This document shows, piece after piece, positions 1 to 8,600 of a stretch of 48,910 bases of DNA. Below the pieces are notes generated by a model. It worked only from the letters and a program-made list of their open reading frames with translations, did not search any database and was not told the origin of the DNA. The stretch is from a virus. Taxonomy: Duplodnaviria > Caudoviricetes. A program made the translations under genes and the position numbers. Each line of letters starts with the position of its first letter. Position 1 is the stretch's first letter. The DNA is taken from positions 1-48,910 of IMG/VR virus record IMGVR_UViG_3300022221_000012, one strand, 5' to 3'.

Positions 1-1
1 T

Positions 2-178
2 ATGAACTTAACAGACGAACGAATTAAATCTGCACTGAAAGATGCACAGACAAAAGATAAATTAGACATTGTTTCTATGGTTACGGGAATAGAAGAGCAT
101 CGACTATTAGAAATTATAGATAGTAATGTCTCAATGACACAACTAGAAAAATCCATTCTTGCTATGCACATCGGTTAG
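2..178 (+). CDS. Small hypothetical protein (58 aa) whose first 35 residues are paralogous to ORF 246..620
   Basis: Manual translation MNLTDERIKSALKDAQTKDKLDIVSMVTGIEEHRLLEIIDSNVSMTQLEKSILAMHIG*; absent from the ORF track. Confidence 0.65.
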   Translation: MNLTDERIKSALKDAQTKDKLDIVSMVTGIEEHRLLEIIDSNVSMTQLEKSILAMHIG

Positions 179-245
179 AGGATTAACCATGAGCAGTGAG
201 CTACCGCCTACCGATAAAGACTGTCCTAATCATTGAGGAATAGAT

Positions 246-620
246 ATGAACTTAACAGACGAACAAATTAAATCCGCACTGAAAGATGCTCAGTCCAAAG
301 ATAAGTTGGGCATCGTGTCGATGGTTGTTGGGATCGAAGAGCATCGACTATGTAATAAGTATGGAGCAAGTGTGATGAAAGAAATGAATGATCAAAGATC
401 GATGACGTTAAGAGAGTTTGTAGAGCAAAAATTAGATAAACGCCACCCCGTCCGCGTAGAGATGAATATCCTGCATCACTGTCGCGAAAACCCGCTATCG
501 TGGTACATATTTGACATAAAGAGAAAATTTCTGCCGATGCTTAGGTGGTCGCCTCCGTATAAGTATAAACACAGTCGCTCTAATTCTGTGCAGGAAAACA
601 AGAGTAAGAGCGATGAGTAA
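246..620 (+). CDS. Hypothetical phage protein
   Basis: GAGGA RBS upstream; overlaps the next start. Confidence 0.7.
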   Translation: MNLTDEQIKSALKDAQSKDKLGIVSMVVGIEEHRLCNKYGASVMKEMNDQRSMTLREFVEQKLDKRHPVRVEMNILHHCRENPLSWYIFDIKRKFLPMLRWSPPYKYKHSRSNSVQENKSKSDE

Positions 621-915
621 AGAATTAAAAACCGAGCTACGAAAATTTATTGAGCACACAGACTTGCGGTTTAAGTCGGGTAACGATGTGCCAGTGCGTG
701 ATATTCGTATTGAGCATAAAGACTGGGTGTTCATTAAGCGCAACCTGACGGGAGCAAAACCATCCCTGCTGCCTGATGGGTGGAAGGTGGAGCGCTCGAA
801 AGGCGGCGGATTTATTTTAACCGAGCCAGTGGCTGGGGGTTACTTAACAGAGCCGGTGTGGGATGAAAGACTGCACCTGCTCCTGGACGCAATGCTAAAA
901 CAAGGCGGTGAGTGA
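613..915 (+). CDS. Hypothetical phage protein
   Basis: 100-aa ORF coupled to neighbours by overlaps. Confidence 0.7.
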   Translation: MSKELKTELRKFIEHTDLRFKSGNDVPVRDIRIEHKDWVFIKRNLTGAKPSLLPDGWKVERSKGGGFILTEPVAGGYLTEPVWDERLHLLLDAMLKQGGE

Positions 916-1292
916 TGAGAAAAAACGAACTAAGAAAAGAAATAGACAGCTTGCTTTCTCAGCTAGATAAAATTGAATCTATAGAGCGGAAATCAAAAAA
1001 CACCCCGTATCTAGGTAAATGCTATCGAGCACGCAATAGCTATTCTTGCCCGAGCAAAGAAAGCGATTACTGGTTGTTTTATCTCAAAATTATAGATGCA
1101 GATGATGGTCTTATCGCCGTGTTTTTTGAAACAGATAAAGATGGTCGGATATCTATAGATAGAGAGTATGGGGTTTCTAGTTCAACACTTGACACATACG
1201 AACAAATATCGCCTGCATCTTTCGCTCGGGCATTTAAAAGACTGACTGGGGACATTAGCAGGCTAATTGAACAGACAACAAAGGAACAATAA
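912..1292 (+). CDS. Hypothetical phage protein
   Basis: 126-aa ORF, GTGA overlap with the previous stop. Confidence 0.7.
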   Translation: MMRKNELRKEIDSLLSQLDKIESIERKSKNTPYLGKCYRARNSYSCPSKESDYWLFYLKIIDADDGLIAVFFETDKDGRISIDREYGVSSSTLDTYEQISPASFARAFKRLTGDISRLIEQTTKEQ

Positions 1293-1296
1293 TGGC
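1275..1296 (+). repeat. 22-nt direct repeat ACAACAAAGGAACAATAATGGC, copy 1 (copy 2 at 2567-2588)
   Basis: Exact match read from the sequence; both upstream ORFs therefore end in TTKEQ*. Confidence 0.9.
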
Positions 1297-1334
1297 AATC
1301 AGTAAACAAACACTGCCAACAAAAAGGAATAATC

Positions 1335-1895
1335 ATGCTCAGCTTTAACAATAATCAGCTATTAAAAGACGAAGCAGTACAATTAGCCCAGCAACACGTA
1401 ACCGCAGGGCTCTTGGCTAGAGGTAGCTACGATACTTGCAGTGTCGGGTGCTTTGCAAAAGACCTAGACCCTTCTAGATCAGATCACCATGCGGTGGTGG
1501 CTGAACATCTATGCTTGCCAGAGTGGTTGATCCATTTGCAAGATTGGATATTTGAAAATATCAAAAATCCTGAAGCCTTTCATTTAGAGTTCTATAAGTC
1601 TATTCCGGTTGGTATAAACATGGTTGACGTTCTACACAAAATATCAGCGGATCGTATGCAGCGTTTGATTGACTTAATTCAAGCGCAGACGGCTGACAGT
1701 TATACAGAAGCCGTTTTATCTTCTTTGCGCGAAGTGCGAAACTTGCATGATTTAAAAGTACCGGCAGATGATGAAAGATGGTCAATAGCGCACGCTAATG
1801 CGGCCAGCGCGGCTAGGGCGGCCAGGGTGGATTGGGCGGCTAGTGCGTTTGGCGCAAAACAAGAATTTGAATCATTACTAAAGGCTTTCAAATGA
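1335..1895 (+). CDS. Hypothetical phage protein with an Ala-rich C-terminal segment
   Basis: AAGGA RBS; CSVGC and LPEWL motifs; AASAARAA tail of a kind common in phage early proteins. Confidence 0.75.
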   Translation: MLSFNNNQLLKDEAVQLAQQHVTAGLLARGSYDTCSVGCFAKDLDPSRSDHHAVVAEHLCLPEWLIHLQDWIFENIKNPEAFHLEFYKSIPVGINMVDVLHKISADRMQRLIDLIQAQTADSYTEAVLSSLREVRNLHDLKVPADDERWSIAHANAASAARAARVDWAASAFGAKQEFESLLKAFK

Positions 1896-1923
1896 GAAAG
1901 ACACCCAACAGCAAAGGATTAAA

Positions 1924-2262
1924 ATGATAAATAAAGTTAAAGAATTGCAGGATAAATTAAATGATAAGTCTTACAGGGAGTGGAAGGAGTTTTGCACAAC
2001 TCAAACCAATACCTTTGTTAGTTCTATTAACAGGGAGCAAAAAGATCATCAGTTAAACCTCGTTATCAATCTTCCGATTGACATGATTAAAGATGGCGCT
2101 GTGCGCATCACTTTTGGATCGCTTATGTTGAATGTGAGAGACGCATTAGTAATTGCTGGTAAAGATGTGGCGATAGAAAAAGGCACGATGAAATTCATCG
2201 AGAAAGTAGAGGCTATTAGTTTAGATGTCCAGAACCTAAAAGATGTGGCTGGAATTGACTAA
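1924..2262 (+). CDS. Hypothetical phage protein
   Basis: AAGGA RBS, 112 aa. Confidence 0.7.
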   Translation: MINKVKELQDKLNDKSYREWKEFCTTQTNTFVSSINREQKDHQLNLVINLPIDMIKDGAVRITFGSLMLNVRDALVIAGKDVAIEKGTMKFIEKVEAISLDVQNLKDVAGID

Positions 2263-2281
2263 CACCCAACAGCAAGGAGTG

Positions 2282-2584
2282 ATGATGGAAGATTTAATAG
2301 ACAACTTTAATAGGCTCATCCATGCATTCAAAGCGCACGGATTAAAGCCGCCCGTGGCAATTGAGCTTGATAGTGTTGATGAAGGCATGCGATTTATTAG
2401 CGCGGTACATGATGCCAGCGCTCGGATACATTATGGTAGCTTCATTGACGACAACAAAACATGGGGTGAGTGTCATGTTGGTGGCTTGGCTGTTCGATGG
2501 CCTGCCACATTATTACCATACGACCATAAGCGACAAATTATAAAGATCGAACACACGATATCTAACACAACAAAGGAACAATAA
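2282..2584 (+). CDS. Hypothetical phage protein
   Basis: Start moved to ATG 2282, which follows AAGGAG. Confidence 0.7.
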   Translation: MMEDLIDNFNRLIHAFKAHGLKPPVAIELDSVDEGMRFISAVHDASARIHYGSFIDDNKTWGECHVGGLAVRWPATLLPYDHKRQIIKIEHTISNTTKEQ

Positions 2585-2588
2585 TGGC
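2567..2588 (+). repeat. 22-nt direct repeat, copy 2
   Basis: Identical to 1275-1296. Confidence 0.9.
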
Positions 2589-2615
2589 GAGTGTTGAATA
2601 CTGTGGAGGTGAGTT

Positions 2616-2900
2616 GTGATTGAGATAAATAAATTTGCTTGTATGAAAAAAACCGTGATTGTGACTCGAACAACAGAAATCGAAGTAGAGATTGATGTGT
2701 CTAAATTTACTAAGGAATTTATAGCTGAATACGTGCGGAATTTCTACCCGCATCATGAAATAGATGACCACATTAAACATATAGCGTGGTTGAAATCTGA
2801 AAATCATCTAGATGAATTTACAGCAGGCTATGGTCACATAAGCGAGCTGGGTATTAGTGCTCGCATCATAAACGAGACAACAGAAACAGAACTTGATTAG
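2616..2900 (+). CDS. Hypothetical phage protein
   Basis: GGAGGT upstream of GTG; alternative ATG at 2643. Confidence 0.65.
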   Translation: MIEINKFACMKKTVIVTRTTEIEVEIDVSKFTKEFIAEYVRNFYPHHEIDDHIKHIAWLKSENHLDEFTAGYGHISELGISARIINETTETELD

Positions 2901-2915
2901 CAACAAAGGACAGAC

Positions 2916-3173
2916 ATGAGTGAGTTTAATTGTGAGTGCGTATCATGGGCGCGAGTCCATACTGATACGTATCCTATAAGTAATCATCATCCCCATTGTG
3001 CCAAGCACAAAACAGAGCATTTTGTTAAGGTTGGATATGACGGTAGATGGTGCGTTGTCAAGCCATCAGAAGTCCACGATTTTATAAACTCAGGTGATTG
3101 CATATACACGCTTACTGACATTTATTTAACTATCGAACAGTACGAAAACCTACCTGAATTTAACGGGTTTTAA
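2916..3173 (+). CDS. Hypothetical Cys/His-rich phage protein
   Basis: AAGGA RBS; CEC...HHPHC motif; ends LPEFNGF. Confidence 0.7.
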   Translation: MSEFNCECVSWARVHTDTYPISNHHPHCAKHKTEHFVKVGYDGRWCVVKPSEVHDFINSGDCIYTLTDIYLTIEQYENLPEFNGF

Positions 3174-3196
3174 CAACCACACTACCGGAGAATGAA

Positions 3197-3385
3197 ATGC
3201 CAGACATGAGAGAGCCATACGCATTTATCACATATGAAATTGATCGACTTAAACATGCCGAAGGTGAAGCCAACCGTGAAATGGTAAGACTAAAGCAAAT
3301 CGCTGAAACGCACATGATGGACAGAATGCACCTTGAACATGCACTAGACAAGCAAAAAAAGGCAGATGATGAACGGAAAATATAA
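3197..3385 (+). CDS. Small coiled-coil hypothetical protein
   Basis: GGAG RBS, 62 aa. Confidence 0.6.
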   Translation: MPDMREPYAFITYEIDRLKHAEGEANREMVRLKQIAETHMMDRMHLEHALDKQKKADDERKI

Positions 3386-3421
3386 CAACATTTACACGAC
3401 ACAAGACAACACTAACGGAGA

Positions 3422-3775
3422 ATGATGATGGCTGACAGCTACGAAATACGGACAGTCACGGATTTTTTACAAGTGCCGGAAGATAGGTTAAATGCCTGCT
3501 TAGCCGATTTTGTAGATCATTTGATTTTATGTAGGCATTCGGAGGATATAAATAGCACGTTGTCAGCGATGCTGCCAGCCGGGTCATCAGTAGAATATGA
3601 GGCGCACATTGGCAGAAGGCTTAAAAAAAATGAAATTGTGCACCACAAAGATGGAAATAGGGCGAATAACCAGATAGGCAATTTAGAGTTAATGACGCGC
3701 TCAGAACACGCAAGACACCACGCTTTAGAAAACTACCCAAAACGTAAAAGGAAATTAAATGGCACGTTCAGTTAA
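3422..3775 (+). CDS. HNH endonuclease-domain protein with an unrelated N-terminal half
   Basis: [39 protein letters not shown] is a typical phage HNH motif. Confidence 0.8.
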   Translation: MMMADSYEIRTVTDFLQVPEDRLNACLADFVDHLILCRHSEDINSTLSAMLPAGSSVEYEAHIGRRLKKNEIVHHKDGNRANNQIGNLELMTRSEHARHHALENYPKRKRKLNGTFS

Positions 3776-4220
3776 TAAATGGCACGGCATAGGCAATTTA
3801 GGTAACGATCCAGAAGTACGTTATGCACAGTCAGGTGCAGCAATAACGACTATTTCTATTGCTTGCAGTGAGGAATGGAAGGATAAAGACGGCAAAAAGC
3901 AGGAGCGTACCGAGTGGGTGCGAATCAAGTTTTTCGGCAAGCTCGCTGAAATTGCAGGTGAGCATTTGAAAAAAGGCTCACAAGTCTATATCGAAGGTGC
4001 ATTGCGCACCGATAAATACACAGACAAGCAAGGTGTCGAGCGCTACAGCACCGATGTAATCGCCAACGAAATGCAAATGCTTGGAGGCAAGCCAAGCAGT
4101 CAAAGCAACGAACGTAGCCAAAATAGCAACAAGCCACAAGGCCGAGGCGGTTCGCGCAATGAGTACAGCGAAGCGCCTGACGACGATATCCCTTTCATTC
4201 ACGACAAAACAGGATGGTGA
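3759..4220 (+). CDS. ssb: Single-stranded DNA-binding protein
   Basis: [35 protein letters not shown] and acidic DDDIPF tail. Confidence 0.97.
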   Translation: MARSVNKWHGIGNLGNDPEVRYAQSGAAITTISIACSEEWKDKDGKKQERTEWVRIKFFGKLAEIAGEHLKKGSQVYIEGALRTDKYTDKQGVERYSTDVIANEMQMLGGKPSSQSNERSQNSNKPQGRGGSRNEYSEAPDDDIPFIHDKTGW

Positions 4221-4223
4221 TTT

Positions 4224-4538
4224 ATGAGATATGAAGATACAAAGCGCGCAGATGCAGAAAAAGCACGATGCGGCGAAAGTAAGTATGCTTTTAGTGAGAT
4301 CAATGACTTAGAAAAAAGCATTTCACTATTAACTGATAAAGTACAAAGGCTTGGTTTAGCCACAGCCCAGATTGTTGTTCCGCCTGATAATACAAAACAA
4401 GTAGAAAGTGATGCATCCTGCGAGCCTTCTCTACCCAAATCAACTGTCGGCGCTCATCTATACGGTTTGGCTAAGGACATTACAGCACAAGCTAACCGAT
4501 TGTCTGAAATAACAGACGGGATTTTAGCCAACCAATAA
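4224..4538 (+). CDS. Hypothetical phage protein
   Basis: 104-aa ORF directly after ssb. Confidence 0.65.
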   Translation: MRYEDTKRADAEKARCGESKYAFSEINDLEKSISLLTDKVQRLGLATAQIVVPPDNTKQVESDASCEPSLPKSTVGAHLYGLAKDITAQANRLSEITDGILANQ

Positions 4539-4581
4539 CCGCTAATACTTGTTTGAAAGCTAGCATTAGCACTAACAAAGG

Positions 4582-4920
4582 ATGATTATGATTTATATTT
4601 TAATGGCGGCAGTTATATTATTAGTAGCGTCTTGTGTGCTGCTTTATTACAGCAGTATTGGATATGGTTTAATCCCCATGATCAGTGCGATAACAGGTGT
4701 TCTTGGGCTTGGCGCGTGCGCGATAATTGCTATTCTGTTTGTGACATACGGCTTTGGCTGGCTAGCTGCCGAGCACAAAGCAAAAATCATTAACCGAGAG
4801 TACAAAGCAAACTACACGCAGGCCGAGGTGTTTTATGCCAGCGATGTAATCGACACCGTGCGCGAGCTAGACCGCAAGCGATATGAGGTCAACGGCGATT
4901 TGATGAAGCCGAAAGAATAA
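4582..4920 (+). CDS. Membrane protein with two predicted TM helices
   Basis: Two long hydrophobic stretches followed by a soluble C-terminus; AAGGA RBS. Confidence 0.75.
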   Translation: MIMIYILMAAVILLVASCVLLYYSSIGYGLIPMISAITGVLGLGACAIIAILFVTYGFGWLAAEHKAKIINREYKANYTQAEVFYASDVIDTVRELDRKRYEVNGDLMKPKE

Positions 4921-4980
4921 ACCGCGATAGCGCGGAAATTCCACCAGCACCGGACTGGCGCTATCAATCCGGCACTAATT

Positions 4981-5016
4981 CTTGCCTTTCATATATTGCA
5001 AATAATGAAAGGCAAG
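4981..5016. promoter_or_regulatory. 12-bp inverted repeat (operator or terminator-like hairpin)
   Basis: CTTGCCTTTCAT-N12-ATGAAAGGCAAG in an intergenic gap. Confidence 0.5.
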
Positions 5017-5058
5017 CTGTTTTGATTTACATAAGTGATAGACTAATGAAAGGTAGTT

Positions 5059-5289
5059 ATGGGATCAATACTTAAATGGCGCAAATATAAAATAGATAAT
5101 GTTCCTTCGTGCTTGAGGCAGTTAGCGGACAGGATAGAGTCAGGCGATACAGATGCGCAATATGCTGTAGTCGTTTGGGAGGACGAAGAAGGAGATCCAA
5201 ATTATGCGGCATTTGGAAAAGAAATAAGCCGATCTCAAGTGGTAGGCGCATTGACTTTTATGATTTCTGATATAATGGATGGCCACTAG
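5059..5289 (+). CDS. Hypothetical phage protein
   Basis: AAGGT RBS, 76 aa. Confidence 0.65.
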   Translation: MGSILKWRKYKIDNVPSCLRQLADRIESGDTDAQYAVVVWEDEEGDPNYAAFGKEISRSQVVGALTFMISDIMDGH

Positions 5290-5506
5290 AACATTCAGAA
5301 TCAGTGACCACGCAAGAAAGCGCTGGAATCAGCGCTTCGCAGGCCGAAATATAGACGCCGAGTTTGAGTTTTCAAGCAGCAATGTTGGTGGCGCAGTAAA
5401 ACGCAAGGTAGTTCAGACATGTAGTCGCAGTTATCTGTATGCAATCAAGCGCGGTCATTTAATAACCTATGCGATAACAAGGGACAAAGGCTGTCGTTTT
5501 TGTTAG
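5279..5506 (+). CDS. Hypothetical protein with an ISDHARKRWNQR motif, possibly truncated
   Basis: HAxxRxxxR N-terminus resembles RelE-like/DUF4258-type small RNase folds; the C-terminus looks abrupt. Confidence 0.5.
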   Translation: MATRTFRISDHARKRWNQRFAGRNIDAEFEFSSSNVGGAVKRKVVQTCSRSYLYAIKRGHLITYAITRDKGCRFC

Positions 5507-5540
5507 AGGCAAGGATGTTTTAGCGGATGGATACACAATC

Positions 5541-5617
5541 GCGCCTATAGCTCAATTGGATAGAGCATCGGTATTCTACACCGAGGGTTGAGGGTTCAAA
5601 TCCTTCTGGGCGCTCCA
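5541..5617 (+). tRNA. tRNA-Arg, anticodon TCT, CCA encoded
   Basis: Acceptor GCGCCTA/TGGGCGC, D arm GCTC/GAGC with A20, anticodon stem TCGGT/ACCGA with loop AT-TCT-AC, T arm GAGGG-TTCAAAT-CCTTC. Confidence 0.95.
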
Positions 5618-5669
5618 CAAACTAAGGATTTGACAAGCGCTATTATTAAAGTGGATAAAACCACATAAA

Positions 5670-8600
5670 CTACTCAGCGAACCTGCCTTGCTCTCTGGCT
5701 TTTTTCTCTACGCGCTTATCTACAACGATACCTGCCGTTGCACGGTCTGAATATCTGGCTCTTTGGGCTAAAGACCGTCGCAATGTGTCGTGATCAATTC
5801 TTAGGTCGCGGTTTTTGCGGTTCCAATCATTGATTTTTTGACGCATTTCTCTTTTTAGTTCGTTATCACCATTGCGCACAGCCATAGCATATGCATCCAT
5901 GATCCGCTGTCTTTTAGTTAAAAGTGTAGATTCATAGTTTTTAATGGCTCTGTTAGCATCGTACCTATCATTTAATCTGGCTGGAGAGAAGCCTGCAGCC
6001 TGCAGTAACGACTCAGGCATTGATAAGCTTTCCATTAGCGGGTCGCCGCGCAAGGTCTTCGCGCCTTCGGTCGCATAGCGCACAGCGCGCATGCTATCTT
6101 TGATTGCTTTGGGAACCATAGCTTCAATGCCGCGCATTGTCTGGCCTTCGTGGATCAATTGCTTACCTTTTAACGCATTAGTGAATATGCCGCCGATTGG
6201 CCCCGCTACCTGTTCCATCCAATAATGAGCCAAAGCAGCGCCTTCTAATTCTCTGTCAGGCTCACGCAGCCACAGATTATCTAAGCTAGTGCGGCTAGAC
6301 ACTTCCGCGCCGGTTAAAGGCTCCACAATGCCGCTGGTAATGATTCTGGCAGCATCTTGTCCCAAGTGATCGGCTAAGAAATTACGATAGGCTGTTTCTG
6401 CATCCCACGGTTCATCATCATCACCAAATGCATCTGCCGCTGCATTAGCTACGCCGAACATAACCGACATTAAAGGCAGGCCAAGCGTTCCAGAAAATGC
6501 GGCCGTCATGCCAAGCACACCTGCAAGTTTCTTTCTTGCCAGAGATTTAACTTCCGGCGTTTCGCCTTTGAAAGACTGATAGAAATTACGCCACAGTAAC
6601 CAGCTTATGTTTAGGCTGTATTGACGGAACATTAGCAGCACTTTGGCAACGTCAGACTGCATGAACCGAGCGCGATTGGCATTCGAGTAATCAAACTGAG
6701 TTTCCCAGACAATGTTCTCAGCGTAGGCTGTCGCTTCGTTAAAACTCATGCCGTGTTTTCTGGCAAGGTTAAATGCAGCCAAGGCTGTGCTTTCTCTGTT
6801 TATCACTTCTGTTTTGTGAAATAGAAAACTAATGCCATTCATGACTCGGCGATAAGCAGGTGAATAAGCCTGTGTATCTGTTTCTGACAAGCCAGCTAGG
6901 TTATGCGCCAGTGAGCGATCAATAGCGCCGGATTCATACCAGACCTTGAATGCTGCCTGTTCTTCATCGGATAAACCGCGTGTCAAATTGCCATCGACAT
7001 TTCTAGTCGCTCTAAGTGTGCCGCTCATCAAAGCATTAAAGGCTTTTTTAACGCCGAACTTTGATGCAAGAACAGGAAATGAAACTATCGGAACTTGAGT
7101 GAAGTTCACAAAAGCCGCCGCAGGGGTAAGTCCTAGATACCAAGCAAAACCTAACGAACTAATTTTGTTAGATATGGCGCTGTCTTTAGGACTCATTACC
7201 CAGTCATGCCGCTTGCGCATTTCATTGTGCATAACCGTGGCTTTCACGGCTTCCTCTGGGTCGGTGTCATTCATATCTTTGATACTCTGGCGCATGTTGT
7301 TAAGCGCATCATCCAGCTTGTGTGAATGCCTTAACCGTGCAATTTGGAATGATCCGTGAAACATATTTCCAGCATATGCGCGGAGCGCATCAGAAGAATA
7401 ACCTGGCGTGCCTTTCCGGTGAATGTTGTGTTTTCTAATAGACAAATCAGGCAGCATTCTAAGGTAAAGCTGGTACACATCGTCCTTTACTGCTTCTCCA
7501 GCATTTGCCGTGTCTAATACTTCCATAAGGTCGGACAAGAAGCCGGTGCTAACTCCATCCGCTTGTCGTGACGAATCTAGTTTTCGTCCGGCTTTATTTA
7601 CTTTGTATCCATTTTTCTTTAGCTCAGCATTACCTTTACGCCAATCTTGGATATTCTCATACATGAAAAAGGCTTTTTCGCCATTAGTGTCAGTAGCGGA
7701 AATCCAAAACTCACCAAATCGTGCCAATGGGAAATAAGGGCCAGTCAATCGAGCCGATTCAAAATGCTGCCTGATTTTTGCCGTTTCTGCTTTAGCTACA
7801 GCACCATCTGCAATCAACGCCTCAACCTTTTCTACCAAAGCATCTTCATATGCCTTAGATTGATCTAAGTACGATTGCTTTACATCACGGTATAACTGCT
7901 TCCAGTCCTCGCTAAGCGCATTAAACTTATTTACCAGCCTAGGGTAGGCTTCACGTCTGCGCCGCTCTTGTGTGAGCAATTCTGCAAGATTATCAATGCG
8001 CGCCTGCATCTTACTCTGTGTTGCCTTGTCCTTGCCCTTCATGCCTTCGGCAATTTCGGCAATCTGTGCATTTATTTCCTTTGGTGTCACAGCCATATCT
8101 ACCCACCGGATAGATTCAGTGCCTTTGGCATTTGTTTCTAACCGCTCGCGCTTAAACGTCAATGGCCGGTATTCGCTGTCAGGATCAACACCCTCAAGTG
8201 TTGACTCGTGCATTACTTCAACGGCTTTTGCTGCGCCTTTACGGTCTTTGCGTTGCAGCTTTTCCCAATGTTCGGACTGCTTGCCTACAGCTTCTTGCAG
8301 TTTGTTTCTGTCTGTACCCATTTTCTGAACAATGGATGCATATCTTCCTACTTGAGGCAAGGTATCACCGGCCAATTCTGCTAAGTGGCGCAATGTAAGT
8401 GCGCCAAGCCATGCAGGCCTTGTGTTTTCTTTCAGATTTTTCGGGTTTATTTGATCTAAGCGCTTCCGTGCTTCTTCAACAAAGCGCGATTTTGTGGTTT
8501 TATCAATTTCGTCAAATACAGTTTCAGGCTGACTGTATAAAATACTGTCATTGTCTGCGCTATATTCACCAGCATTACCAATAGCTGATTTTATTTGCCC

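Noticed and set aside
1-352. Duplicated segment as a diversity-generating retroelement TR/VR pair
   Set aside because: Mismatches include T>C, T>G and G>A changes rather than adenine-only ones, and no reverse transcriptase is in the window
1275-2588. 22-nt repeats as a CRISPR array
   Set aside because: Only two copies about 1.3 kb apart with whole genes between them; no cas genes
5572-5580. tRNA read as a CTA amber suppressor, implying stop-codon recoding
   Set aside because: The stem TCGGT/ACCGA centres TCT in the 7-nt loop, A20 fits Arg, and genes are intact under the standard code with TAG used as a stop
5630-5660. TTGACA after the tRNA as an antisense promoter into the giant gene
   Set aside because: No convincing -10 hexamer at 16-18 bp spacing
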